Source: the human T2T-CHM13v2.0 reference genome, Homo sapiens. Taken from it: a DNA stretch of 64,000 bases. Under the pieces are notes generated by a model, which was not told the origin of the DNA, searched no databases, and saw only the letters and a program-made list of their open reading frames with translations. How positions within the stretch are numbered: position 1 is the stretch's first letter; the number at the start of each line of letters is the position of its first letter. Where the stretch lies: assembly GCF_009914755.1 (NCBI RefSeq), contig NC_060936.1; one strand, given 5' to 3'. Below, in pieces: positions 27,880-42,906 of this stretch. The position numbers and the translations under genes were made by a program.

Positions 27880-28900
27880 GTGGTCCCTCGCTGATGTATA
27901 GCAAGTGTTTTAAACTCTTGTTAGCAAAGATGGTTTTCGGTGTCTGTGCCCGGGAGATGGCCTTCCGCTACGGGAGGGCAGGAGGTGGCCGGGGAGCTGT
28001 CCCCGCTCACTAACCTAACCGTGGTTCGGATTTCTGGCCTAAACCCAGGCATTTGAGCGCCTCATAGCTCGTGGGGAACCTGACAGGCAATTGTATTATG
28101 AAAGCTGACATGCTGAATGGACCCTTCTTAACGATATTCTTTACCTGTCTCTTTGTGTTAAAGTGGGGACAAGCAAAGTAGCAGAGGAGAGAGTCGACCG
28201 AGGCGGGAGGGAGGTGGCAGGTGGAATGAAATATCGGGCAGTTTCATGTGCGGAGCTGATGTCGCCGGCATAACAAGAAAGGGTTGCACAGAACAAATCT
28301 CTATTGTTCCCTGTCATCTTTAAATGAGTGTCAAAGTAGGCAGGGGGGCTTTGACCGTTAACCGCACAATTTAGCCTGCCTGTTGTGTCTCGCGGGCCCC
28401 ACCTCCTTGGAGTTTCTCAGATTAGAAAAGAACGCCCCAGCCCCTTATAAATGGGCCATCTCTTGTTCTTTGTGTCCGGACTGCCTAGTGTGAAATCCAC
28501 AGTGACGTTAAATGTTTTCTAATGAATAATTACTGAAAGGAAATGGAGGGCTATATGTGTAATGGATTGTAGCGCATTAAAATGTTTTATTTTGCGCACA
28601 AAAATGTTGTCCTTCACAAGCACCATGATTGTTGCGAAAAGGCCTTTGTGCGGACCTGTTTCAATGGATTATCTGCAAGCGTTTCCATCCCAAATGGGAA
28701 TCAAAGGGCGTCTTTGGCAAACTAATGTTTTTCAAGATGGCAGCCATGAAACGCAGTTAGTATTTAAAGTTGTGGAGTTTAAAGGAATGTTTGAACTCGG
28801 GAGATTTTCTCACTTACTTTCCCCTCTTTTGATTTGGGAAAGTGAAGCGACTCCCCGCGACCTCTGTCCTGTTCCGGCGGCCGGACGGTCAGCCCTTTAC
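27880..28900. promoter_or_regulatory. CpG-enriched, repeat-free enhancer/promoter-like block
   Basis: Visibly raised CpG density; Meis-type TGACAG (28081) and CTGTCA (28311); inverted SOX-like pair GAACAAATCTCTATTGTTC (28291-28309); ttataaat at 28445. Confidence 0.55.
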
Positions 28901-29324
28901 AAGATTCTTGGAGCCTATTTCTTAGGAACAAGCAAGAGGTCCCAGGAATGGGTAGCTGGCACTTTGTCTTGGCTACCCTTCTTTTTTCTTTTTCTTCTTT
29001 CTTTTTTTTTTTTATTTCCTGGATGTATGTGGATAAATATGAGACTGCAGGGAATTTCAAATGTCACCTCGTTGTGAACTTATTCAGAGTTTCCCAGTGG
29101 GTTTTACTGGGGAACGTATTGGGATTTGGGTGGCTATTCATTGTCTCTCTAAATACTGAGACCCTTGAGTTTGTGTACCAGCTCTAATCGGTTTATGACA
29201 AAATTAATGGGAGTTTCTGGTGCCTCGTGAATCAATGCAGAGATGTGAACTTCAGAGTTTCAACGATGCTTTGTTGCCAATTAGGCGACCACTATAGCCA
29301 GGGTCTAGCCTGCCCCATCTCTCT

Positions 29325-29357
<33 letters not shown>

Positions 29358-29666
29358 TCACTAATAATATTGAGGACTGAAGACAAGAATAGCTGTTGTT
29401 TTCTGATGACTGTAGGCTAAATGTTTTGTGAAACACATAGTTTTCTAACTTCTCAAGCATCTGCCTTCATGAGGGTAGAGAGTAGGTGTGTTTGTTCCAT
29501 GGAAAATATTTCCTTGGTCCTTATGGAAGATGTGTGAACTGGAGTCAAAAAAATCTATAGTTTGCTCTTTCTCCATGAGAATAATCATACTGAACTCCAT
29601 AAAGAAAAAAACAAATGAGCATTTCTCAATTGTGAATTAGAGAGGTTAACAGAAATAGGTCTTGTT

Positions 29667-30058
29667 TACAAGACTGCCTAAAATCTTGGTTGGTTTTTAC
29701 GTTTTAGACATGAGACAACCACAGGATTCTATGTTAGGGGAGAAATAGAAACAATAATCTACACTTTTTGAAGGTATAACGGAGTAGTGATAGAGTCTCC
29801 TTCCCAACCTATGAACACAACTCACGTCTGTCAAGTTGTTCTCTTTTCCTTTTGCTATTTCCCTGCTATCTCCACAAGTCTAATTTTCCAGATAAAATAA
29901 GGCTTCTCACCTACTTGGCTTCCCCACCTGTAATTTTATAAAGAATAAGTGAAAAATCAAAGTGTGGCCTTTCTCTGACCATTGGAACTGTTGTCCCAAT
30001 TCTTTTCTTGGAAGGAAAATACAACAGAATTTTGCCATGCAATGTTTTTAAAAGGCTT
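29667..30058 (+). repeat. Local direct duplication, copy 2 (51 extra nt at 29780-29830)
   Basis: Colinear with 27163-27506 with scattered substitutions. Confidence 0.92.
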
Positions 30059-30406
30059 ATTATTGTAGGACATAACCCACACACTGAAAAGTGCATAAAA
30101 TAAATGTGCAACTTAATAAATTATAAAGTGTACACCCATGTAGTAACCATCCAGGTAAAGACATAGAAGGTTCTAGCACCCCAGAAACCCCTCATATACC
30201 TCCTCCACTTAACTCCCTTCATACCCACTAAAGATAACCACTATTTGGATTTTCGTGACTCGTTTTTGAGTCATTTGCTGAGGACTTACACCCCAAAAAA
30301 ACTTAAAAAAATCAAACTAGTTTCACAAAGTGAAAGCATCTAGATGATTCTAACTGGCATAGAGATGAGCACAATTATGTCTTAATATGTGTCACAAAAA
30401 CTAGCA

Positions 30407-30728
30407 GACCAGGTGCAGTGGCTCACGCCTGTAATCCCAGCACTTTGGGAGGCCGAGGCAGGCAGATCACTTGAGCTCAGGAGTTCATGACCAGCTTGGC
30501 CAACATGGCAAAACCCTGTCTCTATGAAAATTTTTTTAAAATTAGCCAGGTGAGGTGGGACATGCCTGCATGGTCCCAGCTACTTGGAGGCTGAGGCAGG
30601 AGGATCACTTGAGCTCAGGAGGTCGAGGTTGCAGTGAGCTGTGATTGTGCCACTGCACTCCAGCAGCCTGGGTGACAGAGCAAGACCTTGTCTCACAAAA
30701 AAAAAAAAAAAAAAAAAAAAAAGAAGAA
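30407..30728 (+). mobile_element. Alu (J/S-like)
   Basis: Full dimer. Confidence 0.94.
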
Positions 30729-31281
30729 CCACTAACCAGCAAACCCAATGCTTTGCTGTGCAACACTATTACATAGAACAAGATGAAGGGAGGCCCTGTT
30801 GTTGTTAATCTTGCATCAATGCAAAGAAAACAATTGAGTCAGTAACAGAAAAGATGAGATTTGGACAGGGCAAAAATCACAAGTGAATCACGCAGCCATG
30901 GGAGTCATTAATAATTGTCTTTGGATTGGGGCAGATTGCCTTCTTGTTTAAGTTTGGAAAAAGAAAGCAGATAGACAATATCATTTATTGCTCAGCCACC
31001 CAAAGGCTTAGTAATTCTGTCAGCAAAAATGAGAGCTCTTCCCTATAAACCACAAGTCACCAAACAATTGTTGGGTAACATAAACATGAGCTGTGTGTCC
31101 TTGATTATTTTATTGAGAGAAGGCAGGACTCCGTTAACTGTGAGATGTATTGAAAGGACATCTTTCTGTATTCAGCCTTCTAGTTTTGATGTGAAGTCTG
31201 ATTTGAGCCAAAAGAGAATCTGTTTTTCTTCTGCATTTAAATATTATTATTGAAAATTATGTCATCCACTATGTTTTGTTT

Positions 31282-31762
31282 TGTAGGGGAGAAAAGGTAC
31301 TATCTTTTTTAACTTTGCAGGTTCATGACTGAGAAACCAATTACAAAAGACAGATTAACAAGAGAAAAGTATATACATTTATTGAATTTGTTTAACACAT
31401 CACAGGAGCCTTCAGAAATGAAGACCCACAGAAAACTGTATATTTGTGCTTGGGTTTGATGAAGAGGGGACAGTCATGCAGAAGTAGGATTGGACAAAAG
31501 AGGATGGGTTTGATCTAACGGTAATAAACCGGGAGAAACTTAGCAAGGCCTGTTTGTCCACATTCTTCTTGGTATTTCCGTGTCTTCACAGATGAGGACA
31601 TTCCTTTCCTGTATGTATACTAATACATAGAAGACCCTCTGGAATGAGGATCTTAATCACCTACTTTTTAAGGCAAAGTCACCCAGTTTCTATGGCCTGC
31701 TTTGGCTCCTCTTTCAAGTGCCAATGTGCCGTATTTTGCCATAGCATATCTTGCAGTCCATC
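31282..31762. mobile_element. ERV1 (MER4-group-like) solo LTR
   Basis: acaaaagacagattaacaagagaaaag...ggagccttcagaaatgaagaccca. Confidence 0.7.
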
Positions 31763-32314
31763 AGTTTCATTGGTTGCAAGCAATAGAAACAACCTAAATT
31801 ATGCCAAGAAGGAATAAGTTGTTTTCTTTTGGCCTTAGATGCAGGGAGTGAAGTTGGAGAGTCCCTCGTTCATAGCACACAACTGTTTTGCTCTTTCCAA
31901 AGCCTCTCTCCCAATTTCTTTTCCTTCTTTCATCTCCCTCATAGTTATCTCCGCAATTAGGCACTTCCTTCCTCACCAGCACATTTGATATGCATCCTTT
32001 AATATGCCCATATCGGCATGCAGCATGTTGCTTTGTTTGGCACAAAAAAAATTACGTGCTAGTTAAATGGTAAATTGTTTCTTTTTTCTTCATAATACAT
32101 TTAGTATCTTTCCTAGATGTTGTGAGTACATTTCATTTGTTGCCCCTGACCAAGGAGAGTATTCCCTAGGGTGCTTCTCCCACTTACCCAGTCCTGGTGG
32201 TAGATATCTTCTTTCTCCATGCCCCTGAAATGCAGATCTAGGCTCCTGAAGAGAGGAATCCAGAAATCTAGCTGTGTCTTCCACCTTCCTCGTGGCTACA
32301 TAAGAGGGAGCGTC

Positions 32315-32663
<349 letters not shown>

Positions 32664-32800
32664 TCAGAGGAGGAGGCATAGATGCTGGTGGAGGAAAAAC
32701 AGATAGGGTAACATAGCAAGACGAAAAAGAAATAAAATACTCTTGGACCCCGTGTCTGACAAGTCAGTGGGGAAAACAGACAGACATCAGAAGTGGGTCA

Positions 32801-33049
32801 GGCTGGGCACAGTGGCTCAAGCCTGTAATCCCAGCACTTTGGGAGGCTGAGGTGGGTGGATCACTTGAGGTTTGGAGTTTGAGACCAGCTTTACCAACAT
32901 GGTGAAACCCCATCTCTACCAAAAAATACAAAAAATATGTTAGCCGGGAAGTCTGAGGCAGGAGAATTGTTTGAACCTGGGAGGCAGAGGTTGCAGTGAG
33001 CCAAGATCATGCCACTGCACTCCAGACTGGGCAACAGAGAGAGACCATG

Positions 33050-33081
<32 letters not shown>
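32801..33081 (+). mobile_element. Alu with right-arm deletion
   Basis: TSD agaagtggg. Confidence 0.93.
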
Positions 33082-33084
<3 letters not shown>

Positions 33085-33223
33085 GTGGGAACAGCATGGG
33101 CAATCCAGTACCTGTACCTCCTGCCTCATGTAACTGTCTGTCCAGTCCAGTCTGTGTGGATAAGCATACACATACATACATATTTAATAATCATAGTGTC
33201 CATATACATTGTATTCTGCTGTT

Positions 33224-33470
33224 CTTTTTGAGCAGGGTCTCACTTTTTTGCCCAGGACTGGGGTGTGGTGGCGTGAACACTGCTCACTGCAGCCTCAAAC
33301 TCGGGGGCTCAATCCTCCCACCTCAGGTCCCCAGTACCTGGGACTACTGGGCATGCACCACTATGCCAGGCTAATTTTTGTATTTTTTGTAGAGATGGGG
33401 TTTCTCCATATTGCCCAGGCTAGGCTTGAGCTCCTGAGCTCAAGCGATCCACCTGCCTCGGCTTCCCACG
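33224..33470 (-). mobile_element. Alu (J-like), partial
   Basis: Antisense Alu. Confidence 0.9.
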
Positions 33471-33834
33471 TTCTTTTTTAAAAGGCAGAAAATATTGGTT
33501 ACATAATGTTCATAGGCATTACTATTATGTCTTATTGTTGTAAATTTAATGTAAATCACCATTTTAGATAACACCACAGAAACACAGATAATTTTTGTAA
33601 TTGCTTAAAATATTTCCCTAGTCAAAGTCCTAAGGAATAGCAATACATTTTTTTTTCCATATGATAATGTTACCTTTCAAAGGGATAATCAAAATTTACA
33701 ATGCTACCTCCAGTGTGTTTGGGTTATAATTTCACTTCAACCTTGTCAGAATTAATACACAAGTATTATTCTTTCCCTTATTTGTCACCTTATGGTAATA
33801 ACTTGGTACTGCTGATTTAATTTGCATACATTTA

Positions 33835-34187
<353 letters not shown>

Positions 34188-34439
34188 TTAAACAGGAACC
34201 AGCAACTGAACTAACAGTAACATAGCTCAGCATGGGCCAATTCCAGTTCCGTCATGAAACTGAAAATACTTCCCAGGCAGATGGCTGTATCTAGGCAAAA
34301 CTGAAGTAGATCAAGCGTCTATTTAGCATTATGGCTTCGGGGCTTTCTTCTCAGTCTCTTTCTTCTGGTACTTTTCCCCTCCCTCGGACACTTGGAGCCT
34401 CAGTGGAGGTGGTGAGCTTGGTTGGAGGCTGGTTGGGAG

Positions 34440-34600
34440 CACAGGCTCTGGAGTTCAGCTGTTGATTTTGAATCCTGCCTTCCTTGCTTACCATCTGTGG
34501 GTCTTAGATAGTTGAGCCTTAGTTTGCTCTTTTGAAAAATCAAGATGATAATACCTATTTCACAGGGGGGTTGTGAGGATTAAATAAGATGATGAGATGA
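34440..34600 (+). mobile_element. MIR
   Basis: gagcacaggctctggag...gttgtgaggattaaataaga. Confidence 0.7.
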
Positions 34601-34690
34601 CCAATGTGAGACCATGGCCCAGAGCCAACATGCAGGCTGCATGATGGAACGGGAGGCCTAGATGCTTCTGTGAGCTCCTACCATTTAGAC

Positions 34691-35042
34691 CAGGGGTACC
34701 CAACCCCTGGGCAGTGGACTGGTACCGGTCCGTGGCCTGTTAGGAACTGGGCCGCACAGCAGGAGATGAGTGGTGGGTGAGCTAGCATCACTGCCGATGC
34801 TCCGCCTCCTGTTAGATCCGTGGCAGCATTAGACTCTCACAGGATTGTGAAGCCTGTTGTGAACTGCACGTGTGAAGGATCTAGGTTGAACACTCCTTAT
34901 GAGGATCTAACGCCTGGTGATCTCAGGTGGAGCAGGAGTTTCATCCTGAAACCATTCCCTCCCTCTTCTCCCGTCCATGGAAAAATTGTCTTCCACGAAA
35001 CCAGTCCCTGGTGACAAAAAGGTTGGGGACCACTGACCGCTG
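34691..35042 (+). mobile_element. MER1B-like hAT-Charlie element
   Basis: caggggtacccaacccc...ggtccgtggcctgttaggaac...aaaaaggttggggaccactg; flanked by tagac. Confidence 0.88.
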
Positions 35043-35718
35043 TCCTAGACCACCCAGATGTGCCTTCTTCAGAACTTCTTATGCCTTTTCTTTCCAATCA
35101 CTTCTTTTTGCAAAATGTCCCAAACCAGGGTTCCATCAACTTTAATCTGTGTACCAATGTCCCATTAACTTCAATCTAAGTCCTGTCAACTTCAGTCTGT
35201 GTACCAATGGCCCATCAACTTTAAGTGCCTGAAGTAAAGGGATCCAGGGGTGAATTGTTAGCCAATGCTATGGTTTATTCAAGGTGGGGGCAGGCTTGGA
35301 GAAGTCAGGGGCCTCTCAGTACCCCTCAAGGCTAACCATGTAAGAATCCTTGAAACAAATGTGGAACTGGCTTGAGACCATATAGCTGTGGGATTTGTTT
35401 CACGGTTTAAGAGGACAAGAAACCGTACTCAGGTGCCTCTTTCTGAACTTCCAGAACAATCTCCTTGCCAAAGAACGGGAAGCTCCCTGTGCCAGACTAA
35501 TCAGTGACTCTCCCTCAGATGCAGAAAAACTTAATTATAAATGCAAAGCAACAAAGTGCAAAATTGAGCAGTGAACAGATGTAGACAGAACATTTGCATT
35601 TGATATATAAAAGGTCAAACTGAGTAGAGGCAAGAAGGATGAGCAAGAAGCATGATGGATGTGGGTTGAATCTCAGCTCTGCCACTTACCAGCTGTAGAA
35701 ATATTGTCACTTATTACT

Positions 35719-35950
35719 ACAGATTGAACTTCCCAGATCCAAAAATGCAAAATGCCCGCAAATCCGAAACTTTATGAGTGCCCACTTGATGCTCAAAGGA
35801 AACGGTCATTGGAGAATTTTGGATTTCAGATTTTCAGATGTGAGATGCTCAACCAGCAAGCATAATGCAAATATTCCAAAATCAGAAGAAAGTTCAAAAT
35901 CTCATGTATTTCTTGTCCCAAGCAGTTCAAATAAGGGATACTCAACCTGT
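35719..35950. mobile_element. Tigger4a/MER46-like element
   Basis: TA-cagattga...gatgctcaaaggaaa...ataagggatactcaacctg-TA. Confidence 0.8.
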
Positions 35951-36399
35951 ATGTCAATTGTTATTTTATCATCTGCTACTTCCAGGGGAGGAAAAACTCA
36001 CTTTTACATAGTTACCTTCATCAGATATTTCTCTGCAGGAAAAGTTTCATAAGCAAAGTCAAAAGAAAAATGGGAAAATGGGGAAAAATATTCACAGTGC
36101 ATAGGAAAAGGCTAATTTCCTAACTTTACAAAGAGACCATACAAATGAAAGACAAAAATAAGTTCTCCTTAGACCCTTAGGAAGGATATGAGTAGGTGGA
36201 TCATAGAAAAAGAGATACAAAAGCCCGTCACCTGTACAAAAATATGTTCTCTCTCGCTTGCAATTCAGGGAATGCTTCCATCTCCAGCTACATTGCTGGA
36301 GAAAATTTTTTAAAAGACCCATAACACAAGTACTAAAGAGATTTGGGGGAAAACTGCATTTTCATACCCAGTTTGTGGAAGGGGAAGTTGCGGCAATCT

Positions 36400-36903
36400 T
36401 TTATATTTATTTATTATTCATGTATTTATTTATTTATTTATTTACTTATTTCGAGACAGAGTCTTGCTCTGTCGTCCAGGCTGGAGTACAATGACACTAT
36501 CTCGGCTCACTGCAAGCTCCACCTCCCAGGTTCACCCCATTCTCCTGCCTCAGCCTCCTGAGTAGCTAGGACTACAGGCGCCCGCCACCACACCCAGCTA
36601 ATTTTTTTGTATTTTTAGTAGAGACAGGGTTTCACCGTGTTAGCCAGGATGGTCTCGATCTCCTGACCTCATGATCCGCTCGCCTCCGCCTCCCAAAGTG
36701 CTGGGATTACAGGCGTGAGCTACCATGCCTGGCCTATTTTTAAATTAGTTTTTAAAGACAAGGTCTCGCTTTGTCACCCAGGCTGGAGTGCAGTGGCACA
36801 ATCATGGCTCACTGCAACCTCAAACTTCTGGGCTCATATGATGCTCCCGCTTCAGCCTCCTGAGTTGCTGGGACTACAGGTGTTGCACCACCACTCATGG
36901 CCA
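36400..36903 (-). mobile_element. AluY-like (to 36734) plus Alu right-arm fragment (36755-36903)
   Basis: gcaagctcc, ttagccaggatggtctcgatc diagnostics. Confidence 0.93.
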
Positions 36904-37000
36904 GCAGCAATCTTTTTGATGAATATTTGCTAAGTAAGCTCTCCAAATTGTCTTGACCTAGCAATTCCTCCTCTGCAAGTATCTCCTACTGGTTCTCTCA

Positions 37001-37573
<573 letters not shown>

Positions 37574-37594
37574 TTAAGGATATATTGGGGTTTT

Positions 37595-38269
<675 letters not shown>

Positions 38270-38687
38270 TAAATACAAAAACCAAATGATATCGAGGCAT
38301 AAATTTTCAGGAAGGATGCACAAGGAAGAGTGGTAAACCTCTGGGGAGAGACTGAGGTTCAAAGAGATGAGAGTGGCTTTTGCTTTTCAGACTGTTTGAC
38401 GCTTAAAAATTGGATGGGTATTAATGATAATATTTAAAAATCTCTCTCTCACACACACCCCCATAGACATGCATGTACATGTGTGCCATGTTACAGGACA
38501 TATGGCCAGATATCATGGGAACCAAGAAGTTACCAGGTTGTAAGAGTCTGTGTCTGTCTTTCTATCTCTGGGATTGCAAATTGATGTCTTTGCCTATGCA
38601 TTGGCCAGTATGGTCAGCAGCATAGGTCGTCATAACCCTGTAATTCACTTCTCCATGACAAAATGAGTTAAGCCTCATAGGCTCCCC

Positions 38688-39050
38688 TGTATTAGTCCAT
38701 TTTCATGCTGCTGATAAAGACATACCTCAGTTGGGGTAATTTATAATTATAAAGAAAAAGAGGTTTAACGGACTCACAGTTCCACATGGCTGGGGAGGCC
38801 TCACAATCATGACAGAAGGCGAAAGGCACGTCTTACATGGCAGCAGAAAATAGAGAACTTGTACAGGGAAACTCCCTTTTATAAAACTATCAGATCTTGT
38901 GAGACTTGTTCACTGTCATGAGAACAGCACAGGGAAGACCCGCCCCCGTGATTCAATTACCTCCCACCATGTCCCTCCCATGACACATGGGAATTGTGGG
39001 AGCTACAACTCAAGATGAGATTTGGGTGGGGACACAGCCAAACCATATCA
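38688..39050 (-). mobile_element. THE1 solo LTR
   Basis: tgtattagtcc...aaaccatatca flanked by ctccc. Confidence 0.94.
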
Positions 39051-40084
39051 CTCCCTAACCCAGATTCCCAGGCCCATTTCTGTCTTGCCAATGTAGGTCT
39101 ATTCCCCTCCCTGGCTGAAGCCAGGGTAGTGCCATGCCCTTGTCTACATGCGACCAGCTCAGCTCACCCCTTCAACAGGACTGAGCAGGGGAAGGATTGT
39201 CTTGGAAGAGGATGTAGGTGGGAAGGTAGTTCCTGTCATCTCTATCATGCCAAGGTCCAAAGGAGGCAGTGACATTGGTCAAAGTCACATGTCTACCCAG
39301 CAGTGGGATGAGGCTGAAATTCTGATCCCTTCCACAGCCTCCCCCATCACTTAGCTTCCCTGTTTATACTTTCACAAAGAGGAAAATACCATCTGGCTAT
39401 GGAGTTGTTGTGGGTAATACATGAGACAGAGATTTGTAAACTGCCCAGTTACCGGGCTCTGTGCACAGTAAAAACTCAATAAATAGAAAGGGCTACTACC
39501 CATTTTAATATTACATTTTATTGGCAGGGAGGTACATTTGGGTAAATCAATGTTGATTTTCCTTCTTTAACCTGTGCTCGCTCTCAGACCAGTGGCTTTA
39601 GTTAGAATGCTTCCTCTTTGAATTCTCTAGATTATTTCAAATCTATACATGGCACAGAATTTATTCACTCATTTGACAAATCTGCTGAGCACCAATTATG
39701 TGGCAAGACTTGAGCTAGAAGCTGGGGACACACAATGAAAAAGACTTACCCCTGAGAGGCTTCTAGAAGGGCTCAGCCTAAGATCAAGGAATCAAGTAAT
39801 TAGAATCACTGTCAGCTGCAGTTATTAGGATAATGGCAGTTTCATAACTGTAAGTTGTACAAAATGCTATAAAGAAATAGGGTGAAGAGATAATAATAGA
39901 GGAATTTGCTTATTTTATAAATGTTTCAAATACAAGTTACAAAATTTAGAAAGAGCTAACAGGTATATATAACAAAGCTTAAGCCTTGTTTTCCAGAAGC
40001 AACTACGGTTTTCAATTCCTTGGGCATGCTTTTAGGGAGATGTTGTGACTTTATAAGCATCTATGTGTACACACGTACATTGGT

Positions 40085-40408
40085 TTTCTTTTTTTTCTTT
40101 CTTTTTTTTTTTTTTTTTTTTTTTGAAATAGGGTCTCACTCTGCTACCCAGGCTGGAGTACAGTGGTGCAGTTATGACTCACTGCAGCCTCTACCTCCCC
40201 GGGCTCAGATGATCTTCCTACCTTGGCCTCCTAAGTAGCTGGGACTTCAGGTGTGTGCCATCGCACCTGGCTCATTTTTGTATTTTTCTGTAGAGATGGG
40301 GTTTGGCCATGTTGCCCAGGCTGGTCTCAAACTCCTGAGCTAAAGCAATCTGCCTGCCTACGCCTTCCAAAGCTCTGGGATTACAGGTGTGAGCCACCAT
40401 GCCCAGCC
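40085..40408 (-). mobile_element. Alu (J-like)
   Basis: Antisense dimer. Confidence 0.93.
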
Positions 40409-40409
40409 T

Positions 40410-42560
40410 TGTTTTTCTTACAAATGGTAGCATTCTATTTAGGAGATTCTATAGCTCTATGGTCTTTCATTGGATGCATGAACCATAATTTAATTTACCT
40501 GTTTCCTATTGATGGATATTGAGGTTGCTTATTATTTTGTTCACATGAGAGCATATCTAGAGGATAAATATCTACAAATGAAATTATTGTGTCAAAGAAT
40601 ATATGCCTAATTTTTGAAATATACTTTCAAATTACATTTCATAAAGATTCTATAATATATACACCTTCTCACTTGTAATAGATGCTAGTAATTCCTTTCC
40701 ACACTTACTGAGAGTATGTTCTCAAACTTAGCTATCAGAGTGCCAAAAATGAAAATCGTATCTCAGTATATTTGAATAGCATTTTTCTTTTGAGTGAAAT
40801 GGAGTATCTTCTACATATATTTAAAAGACAAAGTTGTATTTTCTGTGAATTGTTGTTTACATCCTTCATTTTTGGTGTATTTGTGTGGGGTGTTGGACTT
40901 TTATTGATTTATGGAAGCTTTTTGTATATTAAGAAAACTAATGATTTATCTGAGCTATAAATTGTAAATATTTTTCCTAGAATTGATTTGTCTTTTAACT
41001 CTGCTTATAATGTTTTTTTCTAGGGAGAAATATTTTCTACGTAGTTGAATGAACAGTCTGTTCTTTTGTGGATTCTGGTTGTTTTTAGTCATACTTAGGC
41101 ATGTCTTGCTTCATTCATATTTTCTTGTACTTTCCTTTCATTATTTTATTTTTTAGTGTTTAAATCTTTGATCCTTCCAGAATTGTTTTGGTGTAAAATA
41201 TAACATAGATGTCCAGCCTTCCTTTTATAGAACTATCCAGTGTTTCCAACATTAATTTTGAAAATTAGGTTGATAAATGTATAATTTACATTCAGTAAAA
41301 TTCACACTTTTTAGATGACATTTCTCTGAGTTTTTACAATTGCATAATGCCATTTATTGAATAACTCATTTTCTTACCATGAATTTGAAATACTACCTTG
41401 ACTATTTAATAAATCCACCTGTATGTTTGGGATAAGTTCTATTCTTTCCATTTAGCAATATTGAATTGCTTGTCAATTCATGTTCAAGGTTATGTTATTG
41501 AATTTATGTCTTAATTAAAGACATATGTCATCATGTCTTAATTTATGTCTTAACATTGAATTTATGTCTTAATATCTGCTAAGGCTGGTACCTTCTCATT
41601 AATCTTTTTGTTTCTTTCAGAAATTTCCTGGATATTCTTACTTATTTTTCTATATGAGCTTTAGACTCAATTTGTTTAGCATGCAATAAATCTTGGCAGT
41701 ATTTTAAATGGGACTTTATTTTATAGTTGAACTTAGGTAAATTAATAACTATATGATATTGAATCTCCCTATCCAAGAACATAGTATATCTTTCCATTTG
41801 TTTGAATTTTTTGTGTGTTCCTCAAGAGTGTGTTAAAATTATTTTTATAGAAATCTGGCACATTTGGTGATAAACTTATTCTATATTTTATCTCTTTAGT
41901 CAATATCTTAAGGGGAGTTATTTCTACCATTGCATATTCTAACTAATAATTATTTGGTTACATTAGAGCTATTGATTTTTGTTTATTAACTTTGTATATG
42001 GCCTGAATTTACATATCATATATAATGTTTGGATTTTCCTTGGAAATAGTAATCAGCAGATGCTTTTCTTCTCCAATGTTTCTATTTTGATTTCCTCCTC
42101 TTATCTAATTGCATTGGCCAGTACTTCGAATTAGGACGATAAAGAAAACTTACGTCTTTTTCTTGATTTTAAGAGGCATGCTTTTATGTTTATTAAGTAT
42201 GGTGCTAGCTTTTGAGACATAGCTGTATTTTTATAATGTTAAATAAGTGTCTACTGTTTTTGTAATTATCAAGAATGTAATATAATTATAATTATCAAGA
42301 ATGAAAATTGAGTTGATCAAATGCTTTTTTAAAACTTAGATGTATAATTTTTCACATGATCTATTGATTTGGTAAATCTATTATTAATAGGTTTTCTAAT
42401 ATTGTATTCTTAGAATAATCTATTTTATTACTAGATTTTCTGATATAACATTCCTGGAATAAATCCCATTTGGTCATGTTTTACTATTTCTTTATGTTTT
42501 GTTGAATTCAACTTGCTAATCACTTATTGAGGAATTTGGTTTTGATATTCCTAAGATGAG
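40410..42560 (-). mobile_element. Highly diverged L1M (ORF2-derived)
   Basis: T-rich antisense L1 motifs, e.g. ctatccaagaacatagtatatctttccatttgtt and ggaataaatcccatttggtcatg. Confidence 0.7.
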
Positions 42561-42730
42561 CTTGGTCTAGTTACTTTTATATTTTTATTACAAAATATCA
42601 CACACAGAAGAGTATATATAAATATGTATAACTTAAAGAATAACAAACACTCATATGCCTCCACCCAGTGAAAGATACAAAACCCACCCTTGGTTTTCTT
42701 TGTTGTTTTACCACCTGTAAAAGTATTCTC

Positions 42731-42906
<176 letters not shown>

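Noticed and set aside
28562-29077. 171-aa ORF in the CpG-rich block
   Set aside because: No recognisable domain, runs through a poly-T low-complexity tract, and has no supporting gene structure; more likely regulatory DNA.
27163-30058. Direct repeats as the paired LTRs of a provirus
   Set aside because: No TG..CA termini, TSD, primer-binding site or gag/pol remnants seen between the copies.
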